A stretch of 64,000 bases of DNA from Candidatus Jidaibacter sp. (lineage in GTDB: Bacteria > Pseudomonadota > Alphaproteobacteria > Rickettsiales > Midichloriaceae): the NCBI GenBank assembly GCA_021299995.1, contig JAJTIA010000025.1, positions 1,294 through 65,293 on the forward strand. The letters run 5' to 3'. This document shows, piece after piece, positions 9,718 to 19,294 of the stretch. The position numbers were made by a program, and so were the translations under genes. The notes under the pieces were generated by a model. The model saw only the letters and a list, made by a program, of their open reading frames with translations, made no database searches and was not told where the DNA came from. Position 1 is the first letter of the stretch; every line of letters begins with the position of its first letter.

Positions 9718-11418
9718 ATGTTTGATAGACTTTCTCAAAATGCGAGATTAGTAATAGCTTCTCTTTTATCTGTATCCATAATATTTGGATGGCAAATACT
9801 CTTTGTAGAGCCAATGATAAAGGAACAACAAGAAGAAATGGAGCGTGTTGCTCTTACCATGCCCAAAGATGAGCAGCATATACCTCAAAAGCTAGAGGAA
9901 CGGAATCAAATCATCTCTAATGAAATCAATAAAGGTACAAGAGTCAAGTTCCAGAACACAAAAGTCAAAGGCAGCATTAATCTGGTAGGGGCACGAATAG
10001 ACGATTTAATATTAGAAAAATACAGCCAATCTTTAGAAGAACAAGACAAAAAGGTTACTCTTCTTTCTCCTGGAAAAGCATTAGATGCTTACTTTATAGA
10101 GTTAGGTTGGATTGCTGGAGACACTAGCTTTAAAGCCCCTGATAAGAAAGCATTGTGGAATGCTGATAAGAATGAACTAAAATCAGGTGAGACATTGACA
10201 TTATCACACAATGCAGATGGCATCATATATAAAATCGCAATCAGCCTAGATGATGATTATTTATTCTCAGTAAACCAAACCGTTATCAACAAAAGCGGAA
10301 GAGAAATTGCTGTTGCACCATATGCGCTTGCTAACCGTATAAATAACTTGCTAGAACAAAACAATTTTGTATTCCATGAAGGTCTGATTGGTGTGTCGAA
10401 CAGTACACTTAAGGAAGTTTCATATTCAGATATGCAGGAAAACAAGAAAATGGACTTAGGTGATTACTCTTGGGTAGGTTTCTCTGATAAATATTGGCTT
10501 ACATCTTTTATTTCTCACAAGGATGCTGGATACAAAGTAAAGGCTACATATTCAGAACGTGATAATGTTGGGAGATTCCAAATTGGGTTTAATCCTGATG
10601 AAGCAACAAAAATTCAAAACGATTCTTCTCACTCTTGGGGACATTTCAAAATTTTCGCAGGAGCCAAGGAACTAGAACTACTTGAACATTACCAAGACAC
10701 TTTAGACATCAAGCTATTCGATAGAGCTGTAGACTTTGGCATGCTCTACTTTATTACAAAGCCAATTTCTTATTTACTACATATGTTCTACCAGTTTTTA
10801 AACAACTTTGGCGTAGCTATACTTGCGCTCACTGTTTTGATCAAGATTATGCTGTTCCCACTAGCTTATAAGGGCTTTAAGGGGATGAACAGGTTAAAAG
10901 ATCTGCAGCCAAAAATTATGCAACTTAAAGAGAAATTTGCTGATGATCCAGGAGCATTCCAAAAGGCAATGCTTGATGTGTACAAAAAAGAAAAGGTTAA
11001 CCCTATGGGTGGCTGCTTACCTATTTTACTACAGATCCCTGTGTTTTTCGCATTGTATAAAGTGCTTTATGTCTCAATAGAAATGAGGCAGGCTCCTTTT
11101 TTCTGGTGGATAAAAGATCTATCTATACCTGATCCTCTCTCGATATTTAATTTATTCGGATTGATACCTATAGATTTGCCTCCCTTCTTGATGATAGGTA
11201 TTTTACCTATACTTATGTCACTCACTATGTTTATTCAACAAAGCCTAAATCCAGAGCCAGCTGACCCTGTACAGGCCAAGGTGATGAAGTTCTTGCCTGT
11301 TATATTGCTTTTCATGTTCACATCCTTCCCTTCTGGCCTTATTATCTATTGGACATGGAGCAATATCCTATCTATAGCGCAACAAATCTTTATAAAACGC
11401 ATATCAACAAAGGGCTGA
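9718..11418 (+). CDS. yidC: membrane protein insertase YidC
   Basis: 566 aa with a large periplasmic P1 domain. Conserved C-terminal core FGVAILALTVLIKIMLFPL ... GGCLPILLQIPVFFALY. Confidence 0.92.
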   Translation: MFDRLSQNARLVIASLLSVSIIFGWQILFVEPMIKEQQEEMERVALTMPKDEQHIPQKLEERNQIISNEINKGTRVKFQNTKVKGSINLVGARIDDLILEKYSQSLEEQDKKVTLLSPGKALDAYFIELGWIAGDTSFKAPDKKALWNADKNELKSGETLTLSHNADGIIYKIAISLDDDYLFSVNQTVINKSGREIAVAPYALANRINNLLEQNNFVFHEGLIGVSNSTLKEVSYSDMQENKKMDLGDYSWVGFSDKYWLTSFISHKDAGYKVKATYSERDNVGRFQIGFNPDEATKIQNDSSHSWGHFKIFAGAKELELLEHYQDTLDIKLFDRAVDFGMLYFITKPISYLLHMFYQFLNNFGVAILALTVLIKIMLFPLAYKGFKGMNRLKDLQPKIMQLKEKFADDPGAFQKAMLDVYKKEKVNPMGGCLPILLQIPVFFALYKVLYVSIEMRQAPFFWWIKDLSIPDPLSIFNLFGLIPIDLPPFLMIGILPILMSLTMFIQQSLNPEPADPVQAKVMKFLPVILLFMFTSFPSGLIIYWTWSNILSIAQQIFIKRISTKG

Positions 11419-11495
11419 AGTTTTTTATACAACCGATTGATTTTTAACACTAAATGATCCAGCATAATTAGATTGAATTTCAAATAGGTTGCACC

Positions 11496-14315
11496 ATGAG
11501 ACACTCTAGCGGAAAAAACTATGGCTCAAGGCTAGAAGATCAAGACTCAAGCTCCACATCAGACGGTAAAAAGCGAGCAAAAGAAAAGCTGATTGTAATA
11601 CCAGAAGAGAGAAGCTCAGAAACCAGCCCTGAGCATAGTGATTCTGAGCTTTCTGGTAAGCGCGCGATGCTCTCTGCTAGCAAAACTAACAGTGGTAAGA
11701 TGACTAAACCCACTCTACCTCTTACATCCTCTACTACGCCATATGTATCACAGCACAAAGCTAAAAAGAGAAGGTCTGCCCCCGCTCACTCTCCAAGAAC
11801 TAACAAAGAACCTACATATAACGATAAACCTACTAGGGCCACATCTAGTGCTTCTTCTGCTATTCAAGCAAGAAGAAAATTAAGTAACCCAATAAAGTTG
11901 ACAAGTTCAGATATAGAGCTAGTAAAAAGTAAAACTGAACTTAAACAACCCACTAATGATGATATAAGGGCATCCAAAACAAATACTGAAATATTTGATA
12001 AAAATATTTTTACTGGGGTAAGTGCACATGCGCCAGAGTCAAAAATAAGTTTATGGGAAAAAATCTTTAAACCATCAGATTACTCTGGCAAATTTCTGAT
12101 CCCAATGGGAAGTAAGGAGATGAAGGAGTTTTTAGAGAGAAAAATCACTAACACAGCATTCAACTCGAAATATAGGATTTTTGTAGAAAATTTTGATAAA
12201 AACAAATGCAAACTACCAACCAATGTTAGGGGTCACTCAATCAATCAAGTGCTGCATTCATTTCCTGAATTAATAAAGAAATTAAACACTGTCTATGGGT
12301 ACATTATAAAAAACGAAATCGAATTATTATTAATAAAACAAATAAATCAGGCAACAGATGAGTTCGGAGCACTAAGGGATGCTTTATTAGGTAGCCTATC
12401 GGACAACAACCAATCTTCTGAAGAGAGACGTCTGTATATTGCATCTATATTATTGAAGAGCGTCAAGTATTTTTCTCCTGAAAACTCTCATTATGTGTTA
12501 AACTTGATTGGAAACGTGAAATACAAATATGCTATCTCTCAAGGCATATATTTTGTTGCTAACGCTGCAACATTTTTAATCACGCAGTATAGAGAAGAAG
12601 TTGCGGCAGATATATCTCGCTTAGCTACTACGTATCAAGAAGTAGAGCGTGTGCTTCGAAGGTTTATAACAGAAGGTGTTTTAGAATCTCCAGACTTTAC
12701 TGAATATAGACATTCTAGCGATATACAATCAATTTCATTTATATGCATGAGTGTTTGGAAAAGAACATTAGAAGATTTATATCCAGGCGAACCTCTAGAT
12801 AAGGCCTTTAAAAAAATACATGGAGTCAAGGTTATAGAGCTAAGCTTAAACATGTTCATAGCTCTTTCGAGATATTTTTTAGAGCAGAGAAGTGAAAACA
12901 AAGAATTCAACTTTTACGACACAATACCTAACAAAAATAACCAAAAGCTAAATGAATCAATAATACTAGAGTTTAGTCAGCTTATGAAAAACAACTTAAG
13001 CTCTAAAAGCAATTCTACTCTTGGGAGTTTTTATGCATTTTTCGGGGTAAAATCGATGGAAAGCAGAGGCTTTCAATCTGTAACTGCTGCAACCTTTAGA
13101 CATATGATAGACTTTTGTAATCGAGTAGACGAACCTATTGATGAAGAAGAACAAAAGCTATCTACATCAGGGTCAATAGAGAATGAGAGGTTAAAACAAT
13201 TGTATAGAGATGTAATAGAAAAGTCTTTATCTAACCACCTCTTCATACTCCACCAATCATTCTCTCAAATTTCGTATATAGATGAAAATTCTAAACCAAA
13301 ACGCTTTAAGTCAATACCATTATCTGGAGACAGATTAGAAGAGGAAAAAGCAAAGGCGGTTGAGCTCTCAAATATTATGACGAGGGCAAGCAAAGCTATA
13401 GCAAGCGGCGCAGGCCTAAAAACAATTGGACTAGAAATAAAACTAGCAACGTTTTTTAGATATATCGCTACTTCCGGAATTGCATATTTTTTAAATTCAG
13501 TAATCTTGAAAAAGGTCTGCTCTGATAAAACTATGATGCTTATGTATCTACCTGCATATAAACTAATTGATTCTCAAGTAAAAAAACTAATCGATATGTA
13601 CGATCGAAAAGTACAAAAAGAGCAAGAAAAATACAATGAAAACTATAGATTATTTCACGCCAACATATTAAAATTATTTGATTCAAACTACATTAACGTA
13701 AAACTAAACAGCGCAGGTGCTTCCGCTGAGATAGAGAGCATAACTGTACACGATAGATTCAAGCTATATTCAAGAATCATGTCAGAGTCTATTGATTCTT
13801 CATTGAATTGTTGCGGTTGTGGAGTAGATGATATTGCAGAACAAGATTTTGCTGCCATATCTATGGCCACATTTAATTTATTATCTATCTTTATGGACAA
13901 AGAGGCTAAGAGAATTTATAAATTCAACATATCTAAGGAAATGATCTCGCAATTGTCTGATGCTTTAGGGTCTGGCATAAGCGACTATTTAGAAAAGAAT
14001 GAAAAAACTGGTAAATACGTCTTACGAGACACTCCTCAAGCTCTATTCGATTCCCTACTCAAGATAGTAAAGCACGATATGGAAAGAATTGTTGAAAAAT
14101 TCCCAGATAAATCATTAACTAAATTCAAAGCACTAGCAAATGTTGTGATCTCTATAAATAGATCTAGAGGCGCCTCTCCAGAACCTAGAAAAATTCCCAG
14201 TCATGCAGAAAAAATAAAATCTAGCTTTAGTGATTCACATAAAAGCTCTGTTTCTACTTCATATTCAACCACAGACTCTAGTTCTAGTTCAAGCGATGAA
14301 AGAGGTATATGCTAA
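11496..14315 (+). CDS. large lineage-specific protein (939 aa) with disordered Ser/Lys/Pro/Thr-rich termini
   Basis: Single uninterrupted ORF. The first ~150 aa and last ~60 aa are low complexity (e.g. SSVSTSYSTTDSSSSSSDE). The centre looks helical. No family recognised. Confidence 0.6.
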   Translation: MRHSSGKNYGSRLEDQDSSSTSDGKKRAKEKLIVIPEERSSETSPEHSDSELSGKRAMLSASKTNSGKMTKPTLPLTSSTTPYVSQHKAKKRRSAPAHSPRTNKEPTYNDKPTRATSSASSAIQARRKLSNPIKLTSSDIELVKSKTELKQPTNDDIRASKTNTEIFDKNIFTGVSAHAPESKISLWEKIFKPSDYSGKFLIPMGSKEMKEFLERKITNTAFNSKYRIFVENFDKNKCKLPTNVRGHSINQVLHSFPELIKKLNTVYGYIIKNEIELLLIKQINQATDEFGALRDALLGSLSDNNQSSEERRLYIASILLKSVKYFSPENSHYVLNLIGNVKYKYAISQGIYFVANAATFLITQYREEVAADISRLATTYQEVERVLRRFITEGVLESPDFTEYRHSSDIQSISFICMSVWKRTLEDLYPGEPLDKAFKKIHGVKVIELSLNMFIALSRYFLEQRSENKEFNFYDTIPNKNNQKLNESIILEFSQLMKNNLSSKSNSTLGSFYAFFGVKSMESRGFQSVTAATFRHMIDFCNRVDEPIDEEEQKLSTSGSIENERLKQLYRDVIEKSLSNHLFILHQSFSQISYIDENSKPKRFKSIPLSGDRLEEEKAKAVELSNIMTRASKAIASGAGLKTIGLEIKLATFFRYIATSGIAYFLNSVILKKVCSDKTMMLMYLPAYKLIDSQVKKLIDMYDRKVQKEQEKYNENYRLFHANILKLFDSNYINVKLNSAGASAEIESITVHDRFKLYSRIMSESIDSSLNCCGCGVDDIAEQDFAAISMATFNLLSIFMDKEAKRIYKFNISKEMISQLSDALGSGISDYLEKNEKTGKYVLRDTPQALFDSLLKIVKHDMERIVEKFPDKSLTKFKALANVVISINRSRGASPEPRKIPSHAEKIKSSFSDSHKSSVSTSYSTTDSSSSSSDERGIC

Positions 14316-15235
14316 AAGATTAGCGCTACCATTAGTGGTAGATATATTATCCCTATTATAGTTCCAGATAATACAGCAGTGGATGCCTCCTCTGGGTGCG
14401 CATGGTGCATGGTTGCAAATACCACTGTATTAATGGCAGGAGGCATAATTGATGTGAGTAACATTGCAAGGTGTATGTCTCTACCAAATAGCATAGAGTA
14501 ATTAGCGTCTATGTATATTATAGCCAAAGTTATTATAGGAGCGATTATAAATCTTGATGCAAGCAATGTAGCTATAAGCTTGAGATCAAGCCTAAAGTAC
14601 GGCATTGTAGACAATGAAAGTCCTAACAAGATCGTACCTAAGATCACGTATGATCCTCTAAAGTAATCAAAAAACTTATCAACATTATCTGGGATATTGA
14701 TGCCTAAATGATGCACTATAAATCCAAGCGAAAATGCATACATTATAGGTATCTTTAAAACCGATATAAATGCCTTTTTCTGAGAGAACTTTGCTCTCGC
14801 AAATGTAAATGCCCCTAAAGTATAGTCATAAAACGCAAGCCCTATGTTCATGAGCATATAAACAGCTACAGTTTGCTCATCAAACAACATCATTGCAACT
14901 GGTAGACCAAAGTAACCTGTATTTGCAGTACCCGCAGCAAATGCTATAACTGCTGGCTTTGCACCAGTCTCCCATATTTTATGCCCAATATATAAAAAAG
15001 CTCTGTTCATTATAACGCTTATCACAAGCAATATAAGCGGCAAAAGCAGGTATTGTACCTCTATTTTAATGGTGTATCCTGCTTCAAAAAACACAACAGG
15101 TACAATCAAGTAAAATAGAACATTTACAGTCGATTTATTATTAACAGCAAAATATTTTCCAAGAACCCAACCAGCAAGTATCAATGCATAGAATGGATAA
15201 ATTTTATTTAACAAACTAGTAAACACTTCATACAT
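14312..15235 (-). CDS. AEC (auxin efflux carrier) family transporter
   Basis: 307-aa, ~10-TM protein with two-halves topology typical of the AEC/malate permease family. Its stop overlaps the convergent 939-aa ORF stop by 4 nt. Confidence 0.65.
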   Translation of the reverse strand: MYEVFTSLLNKIYPFYALILAGWVLGKYFAVNNKSTVNVLFYLIVPVVFFEAGYTIKIEVQYLLLPLILLVISVIMNRAFLYIGHKIWETGAKPAVIAFAAGTANTGYFGLPVAMMLFDEQTVAVYMLMNIGLAFYDYTLGAFTFARAKFSQKKAFISVLKIPIMYAFSLGFIVHHLGINIPDNVDKFFDYFRGSYVILGTILLGLSLSTMPYFRLDLKLIATLLASRFIIAPIITLAIIYIDANYSMLFGRDIHLAMLLTSIMPPAINTVVFATMHHAHPEEASTAVLSGTIIGIIYLPLMVALIF

Positions 15236-15659
15236 TTTGCTTATCCATTTTTCTTAATTTAGCAGCTTCCACAAGAGCCAAAAGCTCTACCTCATCTACC
15301 AGCTCTTCTAATTGATAATTGTCGCTCCTCTGCCTTTCCACACCCAGTGTTTTTGTAAGTTTTGATAACGCAGCAGTACTGGAATAATTATTTTGCGCTA
15401 AATTCCTTAACATCTCATCCATATTCCTTAGAAGAGACTCAGAGTGGTCTTCTGATCTTTTTTCCAAATCAATTTTTTCTTTGAAATTATGGATTGCAAG
15501 TAGACTTGATACGCTGTTGGTGCTTTCAATTTCAAATTCATCCTGCGTCACTTCAATTGCATCTGTAGAATCTAAAGAAAACACACTGTCAGCCGATGCT
15601 TTTCTTACACGCCTTGTACTTTGGCTTTTTGTGATTGTATTGACTCCAATAACCTGCAT
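15228..15659 (-). CDS. fliX: flagellar assembly regulator FliX-like protein
   Basis: 143 aa. The pattern MQVIGVN...RRVRK...F.L...SSLLAI...LL..MDEML..L ... VDEVELLALVEAAKL matches the alphaproteobacterial FliX layout, including the C-terminal EL.A.VE.AKL motif. Confidence 0.55.
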   Translation of the reverse strand: MQVIGVNTITKSQSTRRVRKASADSVFSLDSTDAIEVTQDEFEIESTNSVSSLLAIHNFKEKIDLEKRSEDHSESLLRNMDEMLRNLAQNNYSSTAALSKLTKTLGVERQRSDNYQLEELVDEVELLALVEAAKLRKMDKQNV

Positions 15660-15783
15660 AAATCCGACGTATAAAATGCTAAATCGAGGTTAACAAATCA
15701 CTAGCCATAAGGCAATATTTATCTGGTCTCACTATTTTTCGTGTGATATATATGACTCATTAAGCTTAATTAAAAATGTTAAT

Positions 15784-17817
15784 ATGCCAAGAATCACTAT
15801 TGATGGTCAGGAATTTGAAGTAGCTGACGGTATGACAATTATTCAGGCTTGTGAAGCCAATGGTATCGAGATACCTAAGTTTTGTTATCATGAAAGACTA
15901 GCAATTGCTGGCAACTGCCGTATGTGCTTAGTTAAGGTAGAAAAAATGCCAAAACCTGTTGCAAGCTGCGGCCAACCTATCGCAGATGGTATGGTTGTTC
16001 ACACAAACACTCAAGAAGTCAAAAAAATGCGCGAAGGCGTTATGGAGTTTTTACTAATAAATCACCCTCTAGATTGTCCTATCTGCGACCAAGCAGGCGA
16101 GTGCGATCTTCAGGATCAATCGATGTTGTATGGTAGAGCAGAAGGCAGATATAAAGAAAATAAGCGTTCTGTAGTAGACAAAGAAATGGGTCCACTTATA
16201 AAAACACAAATGACACGGTGCATTCACTGTACAAGATGCGTTCGATTCCTAGAAGATGTTGCAGGCACATGTGAACTTGGTGCTGTAAACAGAGGTGAGG
16301 ACATGGAGATCACAACATATGTTGAGAAAGCTATTTCCTCTGAGCTCTCTGGCAACATCATTGATTTGTGCCCAGTTGGGGCGCTGACGTCGAAACCATA
16401 CGCTTTCAAAGCTAGGTCTTGGGAATTAACAAAGACAGAATCTATCGATGTCTTAGATGCAGTTGGCTCTAACATACGCATAGATAGCCGTGGTAATGAG
16501 GTGATGAGGATCTTACCTCGCCTAAATGAAGATGTGAACGAGGAGTGGATATCTGATAGAACTAGATTTTCATACGATGCCTTAAAATATCAAAGGCTTG
16601 ATACGCCAATGGTGAAAGTTGGTGGCAAGCTCCAGAAGTCAAGCTGGGATGAAGCACTTAATTTGATAGCAGACAAGCTTAAATCTTCTGATCCAGCAAA
16701 GATAGGGGCAATTGCCGGTGACCTTGTTGATATTGAGACAATGTTCGCTGCAAAAAAACTGCTAAATGCACTCGGTAGCAATAATCATGATTGCAGACAA
16801 GATGGTTCTTTACAGGATAATTCGGATAGATCGCTTTACACATTCAATACCACAATTGCTGGCATAGATAATGCTGATTTTTGCTTGATCATAGGCAGCA
16901 ATCCAAGGCATGAGGCATCGATTCTTAATGCTCGCCTTAGAAAAGCAAGAATCAACAACAACATGAAAGTTGCTTTAGTTGGAGAGAAAGTGGATCTCAC
17001 ATATGATTACAAGCACCTTGGAACAAGCCCTTGGATATTAAAACAGATATCTGAAGGCTCTCACCCAATATGCACGCAGGTAGAAAAAGCAAAAAATCCT
17101 ATGCTTATCATAGGTTCTGGCCCTCTAGTCGATGGTGGGCACGAAGGCATAATTTATTATGCTAAAAAAATTGCATCAAAGTATAATTTCATACATGAAG
17201 GGTGGAATGGATTCAACGTGCTTCAGCGTGTGGCATCACGTGTTGGAGGTATGGATATAGGTTTCATTTCTGATGAGAACTCCATGTCCACTCGCTCTAT
17301 GTTTAGCACGCAAATGGATGTGCTATTCCTTCTTGGTGCAGATGAGCTAAACAAGCACACTCTAAACGCAAGCTCTTTTGTCGTATATATTGGGCATCAT
17401 GGAGACAATGGCGCAGCACTAGCTGATGTTGTACTACCAGCTCCAGCTTACACAGAAAAAGATGGTACATACGTAAACTTAGAGGGTAGGGTGCAACAAG
17501 GATATAGAGCTGTATTACCGCTTGGAGAGGCAAAACCGGAATGGCAGACATTTGCAGATCTTGCTAGCATACTTGGGGAAAACTTAGGCTTTTCCAATCT
17601 AAAAGAGATTAGAAAGCTTATGATTTCTGACAACAAAATATTAGAAAGTCTCGATATTGTAACACCATCTACATACGTTAATGACGCCGGCAAAATGAAG
17701 GAGCTAAATACAGACACTCTGTATAACCCTATAGCAAATTATTATATGACAGATGTCATATCCAGGAACTCTAAAACAATGGCCGAGTGTACAATGGTTC
17801 ATAAGAGCTCCTTTTAA
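15784..17817 (+). CDS. nuoG: NADH-quinone oxidoreductase subunit G
   Basis: 2Fe-2S motif CYHERLAIAGNCRMCLV. 4Fe-4S motifs HPLDCPICDQAGECDLQD and CIHCTRCVRF...CPVGALT. Length 677 aa, alpha/mitochondrial 75-kDa type. Confidence 0.93.
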   Translation: MPRITIDGQEFEVADGMTIIQACEANGIEIPKFCYHERLAIAGNCRMCLVKVEKMPKPVASCGQPIADGMVVHTNTQEVKKMREGVMEFLLINHPLDCPICDQAGECDLQDQSMLYGRAEGRYKENKRSVVDKEMGPLIKTQMTRCIHCTRCVRFLEDVAGTCELGAVNRGEDMEITTYVEKAISSELSGNIIDLCPVGALTSKPYAFKARSWELTKTESIDVLDAVGSNIRIDSRGNEVMRILPRLNEDVNEEWISDRTRFSYDALKYQRLDTPMVKVGGKLQKSSWDEALNLIADKLKSSDPAKIGAIAGDLVDIETMFAAKKLLNALGSNNHDCRQDGSLQDNSDRSLYTFNTTIAGIDNADFCLIIGSNPRHEASILNARLRKARINNNMKVALVGEKVDLTYDYKHLGTSPWILKQISEGSHPICTQVEKAKNPMLIIGSGPLVDGGHEGIIYYAKKIASKYNFIHEGWNGFNVLQRVASRVGGMDIGFISDENSMSTRSMFSTQMDVLFLLGADELNKHTLNASSFVVYIGHHGDNGAALADVVLPAPAYTEKDGTYVNLEGRVQQGYRAVLPLGEAKPEWQTFADLASILGENLGFSNLKEIRKLMISDNKILESLDIVTPSTYVNDAGKMKELNTDTLYNPIANYYMTDVISRNSKTMAECTMVHKSSF

Positions 17818-17921
17818 GCTGGAAAACACTCCGTTATCTATATAAAGCTCAATATTTGATTGAGTTTGCGTCTCAATATGATATTATGCGGAAAATATGT
17901 GAATTTTGGAGCAGGCTTTCG

Positions 17922-19193
17922 ATGCGAACAAATAGCAAATATGATGCGAAAATGAGGCGTCAACACCACAACCATACAGCTAAGATAGCGAGATTACGCT
18001 ATCAAGATATTGACTCTTTTAAACCTATTAACCATTGGAATCCAGATGCCTCTGGTAGCATAGCCATTACTTTACTTCTACTGCTGAATTGCGCTACACT
18101 AGCAAATGCTAGACCATCCTATCACAGCATGCAACAGAGTGGCCAAAGAGCTCAAAATGTTGTTTGTCCAGCAATACATAATGGGACCAGCTCTCTTAGT
18201 ACAGAGATGCCGTTTCCTATACAGGCCATTGAAGCAACAATTGAACTTTCTGCAAATAGAAATGCAGTAGCTGATTTATCAGAATGTTTTTGGGCTAATA
18301 AATATACCAAGAGAGCGGCATTAAAAAGAGGTTGCGTACAGCATGAGTTCAATAGAATGCCTGATTATGGGGACCTTAAAATATGGAAAGATTGGTACAA
18401 AAATGTAGAGTATTTTCCTTTCGGCAGAGCAAAACATATATTAATTGCAACGCTTAATCATGGTAGAAAATACGTTTCTAGTAATACAAAAATACTCATT
18501 TTAACAAGTGCATTAGAACATTACTGGTATGCTCAAGATCTGCTTAGCTATTGCGAAAAATTTTCAATTCTTAGCAATTATAAAGGAAAGCCTATAGTTG
18601 GCTTTTACCCAGAAATCTTTGGTGCGTACAAAGGCAATCATTTCCCTGTTGATCTACTTCCAACTAATATGGCACATCACATCTCCATTCATAACAAACG
18701 GATAGCTAGTAACATGAAAATGTCTTATTTAGAGATGGAATATTTCGAAAATACTTACACCACGACTGATCTTTATCAAGATAGCATAGTATTTGAAACT
18801 GATATATCAGAGTGGGCATCTCGTAAAATAGCAGGATGCGTACAAGGTGATGATGGTCCGCGCCATAGATTGCTGGTACAAGTTTCTTATTATAGGGCAT
18901 ATCATATTGGAGCTGATATATATCTTTTCGCACCTGGTCCAATGCCTAAGATGATAGATCTTGACACAACTGTATGTGGCAATTTTTCTGAAGTATATTC
19001 TTCTCGTTACTCTCCTAAACTTGTTTTATCAGATGATGCAAAAAGAGTAGTAACAGAAATGGGGGAAAAAGGTATTTTTAATGTATTTTCGCTTTATTTC
19101 TCTAAGTACAAAGTGTCAAACATTAATACAATTCCATCTAATGTAGCAGTTAGGCATTACTATATTCCGGATGAGCATCTGGAGCGTATATAA
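17922..19193 (+). CDS. hypothetical exported protein rich in aromatic, His and Cys residues
   Basis: The ORF is open from the TTG at 17856. The ATG at 17922 is preceded by GGAGCAGG. A basic N-terminus is followed by a signal-like helix SIAITLLLLLNCATLANA. No family recognised. Confidence 0.5.
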   Translation: MRTNSKYDAKMRRQHHNHTAKIARLRYQDIDSFKPINHWNPDASGSIAITLLLLLNCATLANARPSYHSMQQSGQRAQNVVCPAIHNGTSSLSTEMPFPIQAIEATIELSANRNAVADLSECFWANKYTKRAALKRGCVQHEFNRMPDYGDLKIWKDWYKNVEYFPFGRAKHILIATLNHGRKYVSSNTKILILTSALEHYWYAQDLLSYCEKFSILSNYKGKPIVGFYPEIFGAYKGNHFPVDLLPTNMAHHISIHNKRIASNMKMSYLEMEYFENTYTTTDLYQDSIVFETDISEWASRKIAGCVQGDDGPRHRLLVQVSYYRAYHIGADIYLFAPGPMPKMIDLDTTVCGNFSEVYSSRYSPKLVLSDDAKRVVTEMGEKGIFNVFSLYFSKYKVSNINTIPSNVAVRHYYIPDEHLERI

Positions 19194-19294
19194 AATCTTT
19201 ACCTTGGACTGTTAATCTCAACTGCACTTTTCGTGGCGTTTTATTGAAAATTCTGTATACTTCTTTTTTGTATATCTAAGAGATCAATAATAAA

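Noticed and set aside
14312-14315. Overlapping convergent stop codons (CTAA) of the 939-aa ORF and the AEC transporter gene
   Set aside because: It is real in the sequence, but most simply explained by genome compaction. It is not treated as a regulatory feature.
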